IMG/VR virus record: IMGVR_UViG_3300009503_000024
Length of the DNA: 64,000 nucleotides
Source: an uncultured virus (IMG/VR IMGVR_UViG_3300009503_000024)
Lineage: Duplodnaviria; Heunggongvirae; Uroviricota; Caudoviricetes
Direction: 5' to 3' (one strand)
The notes under the pieces are model-generated. The model saw only the letters and a list, made by a program, of their open reading frames with translations, was not told the DNA's origin and did not search any database. Shown here one piece after another: positions 17,658-27,869 of this stretch. How positions within the stretch are numbered: position 1 is the stretch's first letter; the number at the start of each line of letters is the position of its first letter. Position numbers and translations under genes: made by a program.

Positions 17658-18581
17658 TTAAACTTCCTCCTCTATATATTTATAAATTTTTTCTTTTAAA
17701 TATTCTTTTTTTATTATTTTTAAATATTCATATACTATATTTTTAAAATCCATATTAAAATCAATTTCTTTTTTTTCAATTTTTTGACCTTCAATAACAA
17801 ATTCTATTCCTAAATATTCTTTTATTTTATTCATATAAACATGTTTTTCTTTTAAATCTTTTAAATTTATAATTAAATATGTATTACTATTTATATCATT
17901 TTTATCTATTTCTTCTGGGCTATTTAAAACAATTTTTTTAATTTCATAATTAAAATTTATAAATTCTTCATTACCATTATCAAGTACTAATACCCCAAAT
18001 TCATAACCTAATTCAGATAAATTTGTTGGTGCTACTGAACCTACATAAGTTATATTATTTACTTTTTGTCTCTTATGAATATGACCTAAATAAACTTTAC
18101 AATCTTTATTTACTATATTACTTATTTTAGATTCAATTGTATGATTATTTATACTATAATTTCCAATATCAAAATGACCAAAAATATATTTTGTTTTTGC
18201 TTCTATTAAATTTGTTTTTATTTTTTCGATATCTCTATTATAAGCAATAAGCGTTATATCATTTACATTTATCATATTATCTACAATTATAACATCTTTC
18301 GTAATAGGTTCTATTTGTTGTAATGAATGTCCATTTATATCAATATCATGATTCCCTAAAATTATATACGCATTTTTTAATTCTTTTAAAAACAAACTAA
18401 ATAATTTTCTATCATAATTATTAGGGTAGGGATCTTTAAAAATATCACCTAAAATAATAGTTATATCACATTTTACACTTAATTTAATTATTTTATCTTT
18501 AACTACTTCAAAAAAATCATATACTTTTTTTGAACCAATCTTTGAATCTAAATGTAAATCACCAATAACTAAAATTTTCAT
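17658..18581 (-). CDS. sbcD: SbcD/Mre11/gp47-like metallophosphoesterase nuclease
   Basis: GDLH, GDIF, GNHD, GH, LGHIH, YVGS. Confidence 0.92.
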   Translation of the reverse strand: MKILVIGDLHLDSKIGSKKVYDFFEVVKDKIIKLSVKCDITIILGDIFKDPYPNNYDRKLFSLFLKELKNAYIILGNHDIDINGHSLQQIEPITKDVIIVDNMINVNDITLIAYNRDIEKIKTNLIEAKTKYIFGHFDIGNYSINNHTIESKISNIVNKDCKVYLGHIHKRQKVNNITYVGSVAPTNLSELGYEFGVLVLDNGNEEFINFNYEIKKIVLNSPEEIDKNDINSNTYLIINLKDLKEKHVYMNKIKEYLGIEFVIEGQKIEKKEIDFNMDFKNIVYEYLKIIKKEYLKEKIYKYIEEEV

Positions 18582-18808
18582 TCTTCACCTTTTTCATCTA
18601 CTTTATTTCTTACACCTTTAATTTCTTCAATTGTTTTTCCTATTTTATCAACAACTGATTTAATTATTGGTTCAATTTCTTTATACTTTTTTACTTCATT
18701 TATATCACCTATAATTTCTATACCTATTTTTTTAGAATTAAAATTACCTAAATTAAAAGTTCGCTCTAAAACTATTCTAACTGCAATTTCATTATTTCTA
18801 TTATCCAT
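18578..18808 (-). CDS. Small hypothetical protein
   Basis: RTFNLGNFNS motif; GGAGG RBS. Confidence 0.7.
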   Translation of the reverse strand: MDNRNNEIAVRIVLERTFNLGNFNSKKIGIEIIGDINEVKKYKEIEPIIKSVVDKIGKTIEEIKGVRNKVDEKGEE

Positions 18809-18968
18809 TATTTCCTCCCTTTTTTAATTTTTTTAATATCTCATTCTTTAATAATTTAATATCTTCATATTTTTTTATTTCACTTATATCGCCAAAAATT
18901 TCAATTTTAATTTTTTTAAAATCAAATTTCTTTTCATAAATTATTTTAATTTCAACATTTGGATACAT
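18801..18968 (-). CDS. Small protein (55 aa), tandem paralog of 18578-18808
   Basis: KKIKIEIFGDISEIKKYEDI vs KKIGIEIIGDINEVKKYKEI; not in ORF track. Confidence 0.65.
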   Translation of the reverse strand: MYPNVEIKIIYEKKFDFKKIKIEIFGDISEIKKYEDIKLLKNEILKKLKKGGNNG

Positions 18969-18987
18969 TACTATTCACCTAAAATAA

Positions 18988-19023
18988 TAAGAGAATATGC
19001 AGTATATACTGCATATTCTCTTA
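18988..19023. terminator. Perfect 36-bp palindrome after SSB-like gene
   Basis: taagagaatatgcagtatatactgcatattctctta. Confidence 0.65.
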
Positions 19024-19028
19024 ACAAA

Positions 19029-19589
19029 CTAAAATTCATCCTCTTCATCTTCAAATTCAACATCTTTCTTTTTAAACTTTTCATCTTCATCTTCATCAAT
19101 ATTCTCATCATTTTCCTTTTTAGGATTTTCATCTTCTTCATCAATATCTTTAGCATTTTTAGTTTTAAATAAATTTTCTTCATCATTCTCAATATCTTCA
19201 CTCTCTTCGTCCTCTTTAACTTTTGTTTTCTTTAATGACAACACATTATCTATCTTATACGTTATATTCCCGTCGTCATCAGTTTTGTTAGAAACAACTA
19301 TCCTACACTTCTTACCAACTTGTTCTTCAACAACTACAGTTTCATCAACATCAAACCCCCTACCATTTAATGCTGTTAACCATTTATATAACTTATTGCC
19401 AACTTGTAAATCTTTACCCACTAAACCAGTAATACTCATACCTTCATATTCGCCTTCTTCCAAAATAAGAAACTTAAATTTTAAATATGGACCATATTTA
19501 CCTTCCGCTTCATCAATACTTACTAACTTAGCTAAATATACCCCTTCTTCAACCGTTTTCTTTTCTTTTACTCTTAATTTAATTGACAT
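19029..19589 (-). CDS. Single-stranded DNA-binding protein-like (OB-like core, acidic tail)
   Basis: EEGVYLAKLV...LKFKFLILEEGEYEG...GKKCRIVV; long D/E tail ending DEF. Confidence 0.7.
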   Translation of the reverse strand: MSIKLRVKEKKTVEEGVYLAKLVSIDEAEGKYGPYLKFKFLILEEGEYEGMSITGLVGKDLQVGNKLYKWLTALNGRGFDVDETVVVEEQVGKKCRIVVSNKTDDDGNITYKIDNVLSLKKTKVKEDEESEDIENDEENLFKTKNAKDIDEEDENPKKENDENIDEDEDEKFKKKDVEFEDEEDEF

Positions 19590-20176
19590 TATTTTTCACC
19601 TCCTTTCAACCAAATTTTATTTAAATCTAAAATATATTTATTATTTAAAATAAGTTTATCATTATTCTTTTCTACTTTAATTTTATAACTATAAAAATTT
19701 ATTAATTTACTATTTCCATATGATATTTTGCCTTTATAATTTCTAGTTTGTGAAACTATTATTGCATTTATCTTCTTCTTTTGTATAACATCATAAAATT
19801 TTTCTATTATTTTTTTATCATCAATTTTCACCGCAGTAATACTATCAATTATTACATAATCTATAGGCATTTCTTTTATAAAATCTATTATCAACCATAA
19901 TTCACTTACATTAGTAATATAAAGATCCATTTTATTTTTTTTAAAAATATCAGTAAGAATATTCAAATAATTAAAATCCAATATTTCAGAAGCAACAAAT
20001 AAACAATTTTTATTTATATTTTTTTTCATAATATAAAAACATAAAGAAGTTTTACCGCTATATGGTTCCCCATATATATTTAATATTTCCCCTTCTTTTA
20101 AAACAATTCCATTTATAATCCTTAATGTTTTTTTAGGTTTACTAATAATGTTTAAAAAATTCATTTTTAACCTCAA
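19589..20176 (-). CDS. RecA/RadB-like P-loop ATPase
   Basis: GEPYSGKT, VIIDSI, VSQTR. Confidence 0.75.
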   Translation of the reverse strand: MRLKMNFLNIISKPKKTLRIINGIVLKEGEILNIYGEPYSGKTSLCFYIMKKNINKNCLFVASEILDFNYLNILTDIFKKNKMDLYITNVSELWLIIDFIKEMPIDYVIIDSITAVKIDDKKIIEKFYDVIQKKKINAIIVSQTRNYKGKISYGNSKLINFYSYKIKVEKNNDKLILNNKYILDLNKIWLKGGEK

Positions 20177-20177
20177 T

Positions 20178-20405
20178 TTAATTTAAATTAAATAAATTAT
20201 ATGCATTTTGCCGTATAGTATCTCTTCTTCTCTTACTTTTTATATTATACTTTGCAATCACTAACTCAGCATATACTTCAGCAAAAAAAGCAACAAAATT
20301 ATTCAAATCTATCTTTCTATCTATTTCGAATCTCATATTATTTTTTTCAAAAAATAACTTTTTTCCTTTATCTGCTAAAATAATCTTAATTTTCTTTTTA
20401 TCCAT
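20178..20405 (-). CDS. Hypothetical protein
   Basis: ORF with AGGTG RBS. Confidence 0.6.
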   Translation of the reverse strand: MDKKKIKIILADKGKKLFFEKNNMRFEIDRKIDLNNFVAFFAEVYAELVIAKYNIKSKRRRDTIRQNAYNLFNLN

Positions 20406-20418
20406 TTTAAATCACCTT

Positions 20419-23010
20419 TTATTTATTTAAAAAATTATAAATTTTTTTATTTTCTATATTACCAAAAGCATTTTTAAAAAAATCATAATTATAAAGTATT
20501 TCTAAAATATTTTTTCTAACTTTACATCTTTTTAAAAAATCATCAACATTTTTAAAAGGTTTATTTTTTATAATTTCATTTATACTTTTATCACCTATAC
20601 CTTTTAATATTTTACAACCCGGAATAATATTTTTATTTTCATCTAATACAAAATCATAACTAATTTCATTTATATTATAATCTTTTATAGGTATATTATG
20701 TTTATAACAATCGTCTATTGTTTTTTGTAAAATATCTTCATCTTGTTCAACATTTAATACGGCCATATTAAAATATTTTCTATAATAAGTTTTTAAATAA
20801 GCCATTTGATAAGATATCATTGCATAAGCAGTTGCATGTGTTTTATTAAATGTATAACCAATCATACTTTCTAATTCTTTTAGAGCTTCATCAACATCTT
20901 CTTTATTATTACGCGCATAACATTTATCATAATATTTTGCAATAATATTACTAAAACCATTAGCTTCTATTTCTCTTCTTAAATTTTCAGCTTCACCATA
21001 ATTTAATCCAATTAAATCTGATAAAATTTTTATCGTCTGCTCTTGATATAAAAGCAAACCATAAGTTTCTTCAAGATGTGGTTTAAGCAATTTTGGTATA
21101 TAATATTCATTACCAAATTTTCTTTCAATATATTTTATATGATAATTCATAGATTTAGAAACAGGTCGATTTAAAGCATTTAATTCAATAAGATTTTTAA
21201 ATGTGGACGGCATTGATTCTTTACATAATTCCTTAAAAGAATAAGTTTTAAATTGAAATATATTATCTGTATCTGCTTCTTGAAACAATTTATAAACATT
21301 TTTATCTTTTAAATCTAATTTATTTATATCTATAATTTTATTTTCATATTTTCTAATATAATTTAATGTAGCTTGAATTATATCTAAAGAATCTAACCCC
21401 AGAATATCTATTTTTAAAAATTTTTTCTTACTTAAAGTAGATCCATCAATTCCTGATATTATTTCATTATAAAGCCTATTTACAGGAATATAGTTATATA
21501 ATGGTTTATCTGTTATAACAATTCCCGCTGCGTGTTTTGAAAACTGTCTTATATTTCCAACTAATCGCTTAGAAATTTTTAAATACTTACCATATTTAAT
21601 TTCTAATTCGTTTTCCTTTTGCATATCAAATAATTTTGTAGCTTCATTTGCTTCTTTAAATGAAATATTATATACACGCATAACATCTTTAAGGGCAAAT
21701 TTATCTGATAATTTTACATAATTACCAATATGTGATATATTTTCAACTCCATATTTTTTAATATATTCTAAAACTTCTCCTCGTCTTGCTTGTTGAAAAT
21801 CAACATCTATATCTGGACATTTTGCTCTTGATGGATTTACAAATCTATCAAACATTAAATCAAATTTTAATGGATCTATAGTTGTAATACCTAACAAATA
21901 AACTATTAAACTAGCTCCGGCAGAACCTCTACCACAACCAACTTCTATACCTACAGATTTTGCCCAATTTACTATATCTTTAACAATCCAAAAGTATTCT
22001 AAAAACCCAAACTTTTTCACTATTTTATACTCATAATTAAGACGCTCTTTATATTTATCAATTTGATCTGCTGGACATTTTTCATATAATGCTTTCTTTA
22101 ACTCATCTTTAAATTTTTCTTCATTAAACTCAATCTTAGGAAATACATATTTATCTGGATATATTTTATATTTTTCAATTTTTTGATCTATTTCAATTGT
22201 ATTATCTAAATATTTTTCAACTATTTTAGTTTCAAAAATTCTACTTATTATAGTTTTAACTTCATCATAACTTTTTAAATATAAATCTCTATCTTTAAAT
22301 ACCCATCCTTTACCTTTTTTAATATCTTCTATTGTAATTTTATTAGAAACATTATGCATTATATCTTGTAATTCATTATCTTCTTTACTTAAATAATGAG
22401 TATCAATGCTTATAATACTTTTAATTTTAAGTTTTTTAGCTAAATCTCTCATTGCAACCCAAATAGGTCCATAATAATCAATTCTTTCTAAAGCAATATA
22501 TTCAAAATAAAAATCATCTTTAAACATATCTTTTAATTTTAAAGCATATTGTTCCGCTTTATTTATATCTTTATTTATAATATGAGACGCTATTATACCA
22601 CTAGAGCAAGCAGAGCACACAATAACATTCCCAATCATTTCTTTTAAATCTTCCCAATCTATTCTTGGTTTATAATAAAAACCTTCTGACGACGCTTTAT
22701 ATTGAGCTTTTAATAAACTTTTATAACCTTCATAATTTTTTGCTAATAAAATTATATGGTAATATTTAGATTTTTCATTTTTTATACTTTTATTATCTGT
22801 AAAATAAGCTTCAACACCTAATATTGGTTTTATATTTAATTCTTCACAAGAATCATAAAAATCAAATACCCCTGACATAGTGCCGTGATCTGTAATTGCA
22901 TAACTAGTCATTCCTAATTCTTTAGCTCGTTCTACATACTTCCTTGGCCAATAAAGACCATCTAATAAACTAAACGTTGTATGATTATGCAAGCTAACAT
23001 AATTATTCAT
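20419..23010 (-). CDS. dnaE: DNA polymerase III alpha subunit (family C), C-terminally short
   Basis: PHP: LHNHTTFSLLDG, ITDHG; GRGSAGAS; PDIDVDF; HAAGIVI; KIDILGL; YTFNKTHATAY. Confidence 0.97.
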   Translation of the reverse strand: MNNYVSLHNHTTFSLLDGLYWPRKYVERAKELGMTSYAITDHGTMSGVFDFYDSCEELNIKPILGVEAYFTDNKSIKNEKSKYYHIILLAKNYEGYKSLLKAQYKASSEGFYYKPRIDWEDLKEMIGNVIVCSACSSGIIASHIINKDINKAEQYALKLKDMFKDDFYFEYIALERIDYYGPIWVAMRDLAKKLKIKSIISIDTHYLSKEDNELQDIMHNVSNKITIEDIKKGKGWVFKDRDLYLKSYDEVKTIISRIFETKIVEKYLDNTIEIDQKIEKYKIYPDKYVFPKIEFNEEKFKDELKKALYEKCPADQIDKYKERLNYEYKIVKKFGFLEYFWIVKDIVNWAKSVGIEVGCGRGSAGASLIVYLLGITTIDPLKFDLMFDRFVNPSRAKCPDIDVDFQQARRGEVLEYIKKYGVENISHIGNYVKLSDKFALKDVMRVYNISFKEANEATKLFDMQKENELEIKYGKYLKISKRLVGNIRQFSKHAAGIVITDKPLYNYIPVNRLYNEIISGIDGSTLSKKKFLKIDILGLDSLDIIQATLNYIRKYENKIIDINKLDLKDKNVYKLFQEADTDNIFQFKTYSFKELCKESMPSTFKNLIELNALNRPVSKSMNYHIKYIERKFGNEYYIPKLLKPHLEETYGLLLYQEQTIKILSDLIGLNYGEAENLRREIEANGFSNIIAKYYDKCYARNNKEDVDEALKELESMIGYTFNKTHATAYAMISYQMAYLKTYYRKYFNMAVLNVEQDEDILQKTIDDCYKHNIPIKDYNINEISYDFVLDENKNIIPGCKILKGIGDKSINEIIKNKPFKNVDDFLKRCKVRKNILEILYNYDFFKNAFGNIENKKIYNFLNK

Positions 23011-23646
23011 TTAATAACCTCTTTTTTGCCTGTCATAATTCTCTTTATTTTTAGCAACATATAATTTATAAAAAAATTCTTTTGTAATCTTATATTGTTT
23101 ACATATATTAAAAAAATATTTCATAATAATTTCTATTATAATTTTAACTTTTTCTTTATCAAAATCATAATCACTATAAGTTTTCCAATATTTATATGGT
23201 AAATAGTCTAAAATTTGACCCCATTTTATTGATATTTCTCCAATTATTTTTTTATAATCTATTATTTTCATATCTTCATTCCAATAAAAATCTAAATTAT
23301 TAAAATCGTTTTCTCTATAACCTAAATATAAAATCATATTCATTAAAAAATGCCAAGCATCAATTAATTCAAATTGTAATTCTATTAAATCTTCATTATT
23401 TTTTATATTATAAGTTCTTTGGTCAAACTCCCAAATTTCAGCAATAAAACAATTAAAATGATATAATGATTCTTTTACCCTTTCTTTATTAGGATAATCT
23501 GGAGTAATAGAACCTCTCTTTTCATTATAAAACTTTTGTAATTCATATTGCATTTTTAGCATAATCCCCAATGCATTTTCATCATACTTTACTTCATTAG
23601 TTTTGTTTAACAAAAAAAAACATTTATTCTCTGGATTTTTACTCAT
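23011..23646 (-). CDS. All-alpha dimeric dUTPase/dCTPase (T4 gp56-like family)
   Basis: ELQFELIDAWHFLMNM, PYKYWK, YVAKNKENYDRQKRGY. Confidence 0.88.
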   Translation of the reverse strand: MSKNPENKCFFLLNKTNEVKYDENALGIMLKMQYELQKFYNEKRGSITPDYPNKERVKESLYHFNCFIAEIWEFDQRTYNIKNNEDLIELQFELIDAWHFLMNMILYLGYRENDFNNLDFYWNEDMKIIDYKKIIGEISIKWGQILDYLPYKYWKTYSDYDFDKEKVKIIIEIIMKYFFNICKQYKITKEFFYKLYVAKNKENYDRQKRGY

Positions 23647-23673
23647 TTTTACCTCCTAATTTTTATTTAATTT

Positions 23674-24213
23674 TTATTCCATTTTTACATCTATTAAAGT
23701 TCCTAACTCTTTCTGTAATTGCATCAACGATATTTTACGTGAACTCTTATCATCCATCTCATCAACTACTTTAATATATGTATCTATAATTCTTAAAATA
23801 TTTTTTATTTTTATCTTTTTCTTTTCAAAATATTTTACGTAATCTTCAATACTATTATTACGTAATATATTATTAACATAACTTTGCTTCTCTGCTACAT
23901 TTTTAAAATCATTACTCCCTCTTATTTTGTTAAATTCTTCATCATATAATTCATCATATGCATCTTTACAATCCAAATAACATAATTCACATAATGTTTC
24001 TTCTGCTAATGCTTTTACTTTAACTCTCCCTAAACGAGCTTGCAACTCTTGTATATTATCCAATATATTATGTAATTCAGATAGAGATCTTACATCGGGG
24101 TTAAATCTTTGAATTATTAAAATTTTATCTACCTCTTTTAATTCTTTTTTTATCTGTTCATATTCACTTTTTTGATTAAATTTTTCTTTTATTTTACTAC
24201 AATCTTTTACCAT
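23674..24213 (-). CDS. Helical/coiled-coil hypothetical protein
   Basis: Heptad-rich ORF in replication block. Confidence 0.65.
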   Translation of the reverse strand: MVKDCSKIKEKFNQKSEYEQIKKELKEVDKILIIQRFNPDVRSLSELHNILDNIQELQARLGRVKVKALAEETLCELCYLDCKDAYDELYDEEFNKIRGSNDFKNVAEKQSYVNNILRNNSIEDYVKYFEKKKIKIKNILRIIDTYIKVVDEMDDKSSRKISLMQLQKELGTLIDVKME

Positions 24214-24532
24214 TTATCCTCACATTCTCCCTCTTAACATATTCTTTATTTTTCGCATCATATATTAAAAAATTTACTTTACCAACATTTTCATAAAATA
24301 TCAAAGCAGCAATAGTATTTATAACATTATTACCACCAAGAAGTAAATAATCTTTATCAGAAGGATTTGTTTCTTTTATTTTATTCTCAATATCATAACT
24401 AAGTCTATCTGTTGAAAAGATATTTACATTTCCTTCTGTTAAAATAATCAAATCATAATTATAATCTTTTTTTAATTTTTCAAGAGCCTCACTCATATGA
24501 GGCCCATAATTTACAATATATATTTTTCTCAT
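24197..24532 (-). CDS. Hypothetical protein
   Basis: ORF with GGAGG RBS. Confidence 0.7.
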   Translation of the reverse strand: MRKIYIVNYGPHMSEALEKLKKDYNYDLIILTEGNVNIFSTDRLSYDIENKIKETNPSDKDYLLLGGNNVINTIAALIFYENVGKVNFLIYDAKNKEYVKRENVRINGKRL

Positions 24533-24542
24533 AATTTCCTCC

Positions 24543-25274
24543 TTATATAGATTTTATAAACTCTACAAAATGATTAATATCAATTTTATCCACATAAGAT
24601 ACATACCAATCTCTATTAACCTCCTCTCCATTAAATAAATTTTTATTTGAAAAAATCCTTCCGTCCTTCATGATTTGTATATTATAACCATTCTTTTTCA
24701 AACGATAATATGATTTACGTTCAATACAGAACGGTTTTATTAAATTTAATAAATTATTCAATTTTGTCTTATTAATTTTACTTCTTTTAATTTTCCTATC
24801 TCGGATTTTCATATTTATAATACGACTCACAACTGGTTCCGAAATACCAGTTATTTCACTTATTTGCCTTTGTTTGTATCCCATTTCAAACATTTTAACA
24901 ATCTTTTCAACTTCTTTATTTTTCTTTGCCATCCTTGCGATGACTTTTTCCAAGTCAATTGAATCTACAGATAATTCAATTGACTTATCTATAGCTCCAA
25001 ACACTTCATCAACTCCAATTTTATCATCATCTAAACCACAAATCTCATCTAAAGACTCGAAGTTATGGTTCTTTTTTAAAGAATTTAACCAAGCCCATTT
25101 TATCGCTTGGTTAATATAACTATTATTAATATTTTGCATTTTATTTTTATTTATATTTTCAATGACTTTCATCAATCCTTCCTGAACATTATCTTCGCCA
25201 TATCTATAAATCAAATAATTTTTATTTTTATTATAATATTCTTTTATTTTTTCATTTATATTTATATTTATCAT
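24543..25274 (-). CDS. Sigma-factor-like transcription protein
   Basis: Region 2-like EDNVQEGLMKV...YINQAIKWAWLNSLKK; region 4-like GYKQRQISEITGISEPVVSRII. Confidence 0.7.
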   Translation of the reverse strand: MINININEKIKEYYNKNKNYLIYRYGEDNVQEGLMKVIENINKNKMQNINNSYINQAIKWAWLNSLKKNHNFESLDEICGLDDDKIGVDEVFGAIDKSIELSVDSIDLEKVIARMAKKNKEVEKIVKMFEMGYKQRQISEITGISEPVVSRIINMKIRDRKIKRSKINKTKLNNLLNLIKPFCIERKSYYRLKKNGYNIQIMKDGRIFSNKNLFNGEEVNRDWYVSYVDKIDINHFVEFIKSI

Positions 25275-25301
25275 TTTTTTTTCCTCCTTTAATTTTTACT
25301 T

Positions 25302-25805
25302 TTAATTTTCATTAAAAATTCTTTTAATAATTTTCATTGCTTCATCTTCACCTCCTTTTTCATCTTTTACCCACCATCTGAGATTTTTAAACCATTTATT
25401 ATAAGCAGCTAATTTTTTAGCTGCGTGTTTTCTATTTATCTCCCCTATTTCTCCATCTTGGATAGGTTGAAGATAATAATAACCCCCATATGGAGGAACT
25501 TTTATATTTTTATCCTCCATATTACTATTCCGGGGGTTATAAACCCCCGGATCATTATCCCCATAATATATGCCTGATGGCATATATTTTATTTCACAAA
25601 CTTTACATGTTGAAAGGTGAGCTCTTTCGACGTCAAATACTAACCCCTCTTCTGTAAAAAGAGGGTACTCAACAATTATATCCGGTACAGAAGCGATTAC
25701 TTCTTTCTCGCCGGCTTCATACAACTCCCTTAATAATTTTTGTTTTAAAATTTCATCTTCTATATATTTCTTTCTTATTACTTTATACTTTTTCATTTTC
25801 ATCAT
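25302..25805 (-). CDS. Hypothetical protein, probable early gene
   Basis: Directly behind sigma70-type promoter; visibly GC-richer. Confidence 0.75.
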   Translation of the reverse strand: MMKMKKYKVIRKKYIEDEILKQKLLRELYEAGEKEVIASVPDIIVEYPLFTEEGLVFDVERAHLSTCKVCEIKYMPSGIYYGDNDPGVYNPRNSNMEDKNIKVPPYGGYYYLQPIQDGEIGEINRKHAAKKLAAYNKWFKNLRWWVKDEKGGEDEAMKIIKRIFNEN

Positions 25806-25850
25806 TCCTCCTTTCTAATTTTTAATTTCTAATTTTTAATTTCTAATATA

Positions 25851-25879
25851 ATTATAACATATTTTTTTCTACTTGTAAA
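25851..25879 (-). promoter_or_regulatory. Host sigma70-type promoter TTTACA-N17-TATAAT with extended -10 TG (class 1)
   Basis: TTTACA agtagaaaaaaatatgt TATAAT. Confidence 0.8.
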
Positions 25880-25948
25880 CGGAAAAATTCACTTTAGTTT
25901 CACAATATGAAACTAATTTTTATTTAAATAGCACATTTATATTATATT

Positions 25949-26140
25949 TTATAAATCTAATAATTTTTTTATTTTTTTTTCATTAAATCTAATCACTTTA
26001 TTTTTATAAAAAACCCTCCCATCATACCAAATACGCATAGAATTATTATTTTTATCTTTTATTGTAATATATCTATTATGAATAGTATCTATTTTAATAT
26101 TATATTTTTTTAAAAATACTTCCAAAAAGTCTCTAAACAT
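25949..26140 (-). CDS. Small hypothetical protein
   Basis: Short ORF, weak RBS. Confidence 0.4.
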   Translation of the reverse strand: MFRDFLEVFLKKYNIKIDTIHNRYITIKDKNNNSMRIWYDGRVFYKNKVIRFNEKKIKKLLDL

Positions 26141-26150
26141 ATAAATTTAA

Positions 26151-26184
26151 AAGAGATAGATAGATTTTATTCTATCTATCTCTT
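26151..26184 (-). terminator. Intrinsic terminator-like hairpin
   Basis: aagagatagataga-6 nt-tctatctatctctt, right after gene ending 26190. Confidence 0.7.
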
Positions 26185-26189
26185 CAGCT

Positions 26190-26738
26190 TTATTCTTTAT
26201 AACCAATTTTACCATATAAATCTTTTATATGGTATCTAACACAATTCTTATAAATGGTATTAGGTTCGATACCATTTATTTTTGTTTTAGCAAGAACCAT
26301 TGCATCTGGATAAAGATTGCATTTAACACCATCGACACTAAATGCAACAGATTTACTTCTAAGTTTTGCATCTCCTATGTTTTTCCCGATCCAATCCCTC
26401 ATTTTTGCATAAAGCTTTTGCTCTTCAACTTTTTCGACTTTTTCAGCTTTTTCAACCTTTTCATTTTTAGTTTCTTTTTGAGTCATAACACTTTCCTCCT
26501 TTTCTCCAATAGTTTCTTTTAAAACTATTGTATTTGGAATTTTTACCATAACAATTTCTCCTGTATTTTTATCATTTACTAACCCAAAAACTTCAATTAC
26601 CCCATTCACCTCCTTTTTTTTATCAATTTTTACAACCGTACCCTTTGGACTCATATATGTCTTACCAACTACAACATCAACACCTAATACTTCTCCTTCT
26701 TTCAAATCTTTTCTTAAGCTTTCTAAATCTTCCGTCAT
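26190..26738 (-). CDS. Hypothetical protein
   Basis: Strong AAGGAGG RBS; EKV repeat linker. Confidence 0.8.
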   Translation of the reverse strand: MTEDLESLRKDLKEGEVLGVDVVVGKTYMSPKGTVVKIDKKKEVNGVIEVFGLVNDKNTGEIVMVKIPNTIVLKETIGEKEESVMTQKETKNEKVEKAEKVEKVEEQKLYAKMRDWIGKNIGDAKLRSKSVAFSVDGVKCNLYPDAMVLAKTKINGIEPNTIYKNCVRYHIKDLYGKIGYKE

Positions 26739-26761
26739 AATTAAACCTCCTTTCTAACTTT

Positions 26762-27868
26762 TTATTTATTCAAAAACTTTATTTCGCTATAATTTCTACT
26801 TATCTCTTCAACTACTTCAAAAGCGCGCTTTATAGCTTGATCCATATTATAATATTTATAATCACCAAGTCTACCACAAAATATAATATTTGGAAAATAG
26901 CATTTAGCAAAATCCAAATAAATACTATATAAATCAATATTTTTCTTAGTTAAAACTGGATAACATTTAATATATTTGTTTAATTTTGGCACCTCACAAA
27001 TTTTTACTTTATTTTTTATTTTTAAATTATATAACTTAGCATAATCAACATATCTAGTATAAATAGGATGCAATGGTAAATTCAATATCTTAAAATTATA
27101 TTCTTCACTATTTATTCTATCAAATTTTAAACCTATATAATCTAAATCACCCAAAATATTATTAAAAAAAGTATCAATACTACCAGTATAAATTATCATA
27201 TCTCTCTTATATTTTTTAAAATAATCATAAAAAGTAAACTTATTATTATATATTTTTATACCTTTTGCCATATTTTTAAAAATATTACAATAACCATATT
27301 TGGGTAATCCTTGATATTTATCTTGAAAATAATTTTTATTATTAAATGTATGAAAAGCGCTAACTCTATTAAAAATTATAGGTTTTAATTCTTCAAAATA
27401 ATTCCCCCATTGCTTTTCACTATATTTTCTATAAACTTCTTCATATATTTTTATTCCTAATTTAAAGGTTTTTTTATCATTTGTTAATTCATTTAAAGAA
27501 ACTAATTTATTAATACCATATTTTTTTAATAAATAATTTGATATTTTTTTACCATAAAAATCATCAATATTTTTAAGATTAAGTGGCAAATAAAAATAAC
27601 CACTATAAGTTTTAATAGCAATTTTGTGTTTAATTTCTATAAATTCACCAAATTTTCGTATATAATCCCAAATTTCTTTATTATTTGTATGAAACAAATG
27701 AGGCCCATAAAGATGAACATAAGTCTTTATTTCACTATCATATTTATCAGCACAATTACCACCTATTATATCTCTCTCTTCAAACATAACTAAATCTTTA
27801 AAATTTAATCTATTTAATCTTTCAGCTATAGTTAAACCTGTTAAACCTGCACCAACAATAATAATCAT
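26762..27868 (-). CDS. glf: UDP-galactopyranose mutase
   Basis: GAGLTG FAD motif, IGGNC.D, HLYGPHLFHT, YSEKQWG, YF.DKYQGLP..GY, YTG.ID, GRLGDYKYYNMDQAI. Confidence 0.95.
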   Translation of the reverse strand: MIIIVGAGLTGLTIAERLNRLNFKDLVMFEERDIIGGNCADKYDSEIKTYVHLYGPHLFHTNNKEIWDYIRKFGEFIEIKHKIAIKTYSGYFYLPLNLKNIDDFYGKKISNYLLKKYGINKLVSLNELTNDKKTFKLGIKIYEEVYRKYSEKQWGNYFEELKPIIFNRVSAFHTFNNKNYFQDKYQGLPKYGYCNIFKNMAKGIKIYNNKFTFYDYFKKYKRDMIIYTGSIDTFFNNILGDLDYIGLKFDRINSEEYNFKILNLPLHPIYTRYVDYAKLYNLKIKNKVKICEVPKLNKYIKCYPVLTKKNIDLYSIYLDFAKCYFPNIIFCGRLGDYKYYNMDQAIKRAFEVVEEISRNYSEIKFLNK

Positions 27869-27869
27869 A

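Noticed and set aside
18971..19201. Overlapping minus-strand ORF rich in M/K (also 43037-43231, 58940-59128, 25107-25292)
   Set aside because: Alternative-frame read of a neighbouring real gene.
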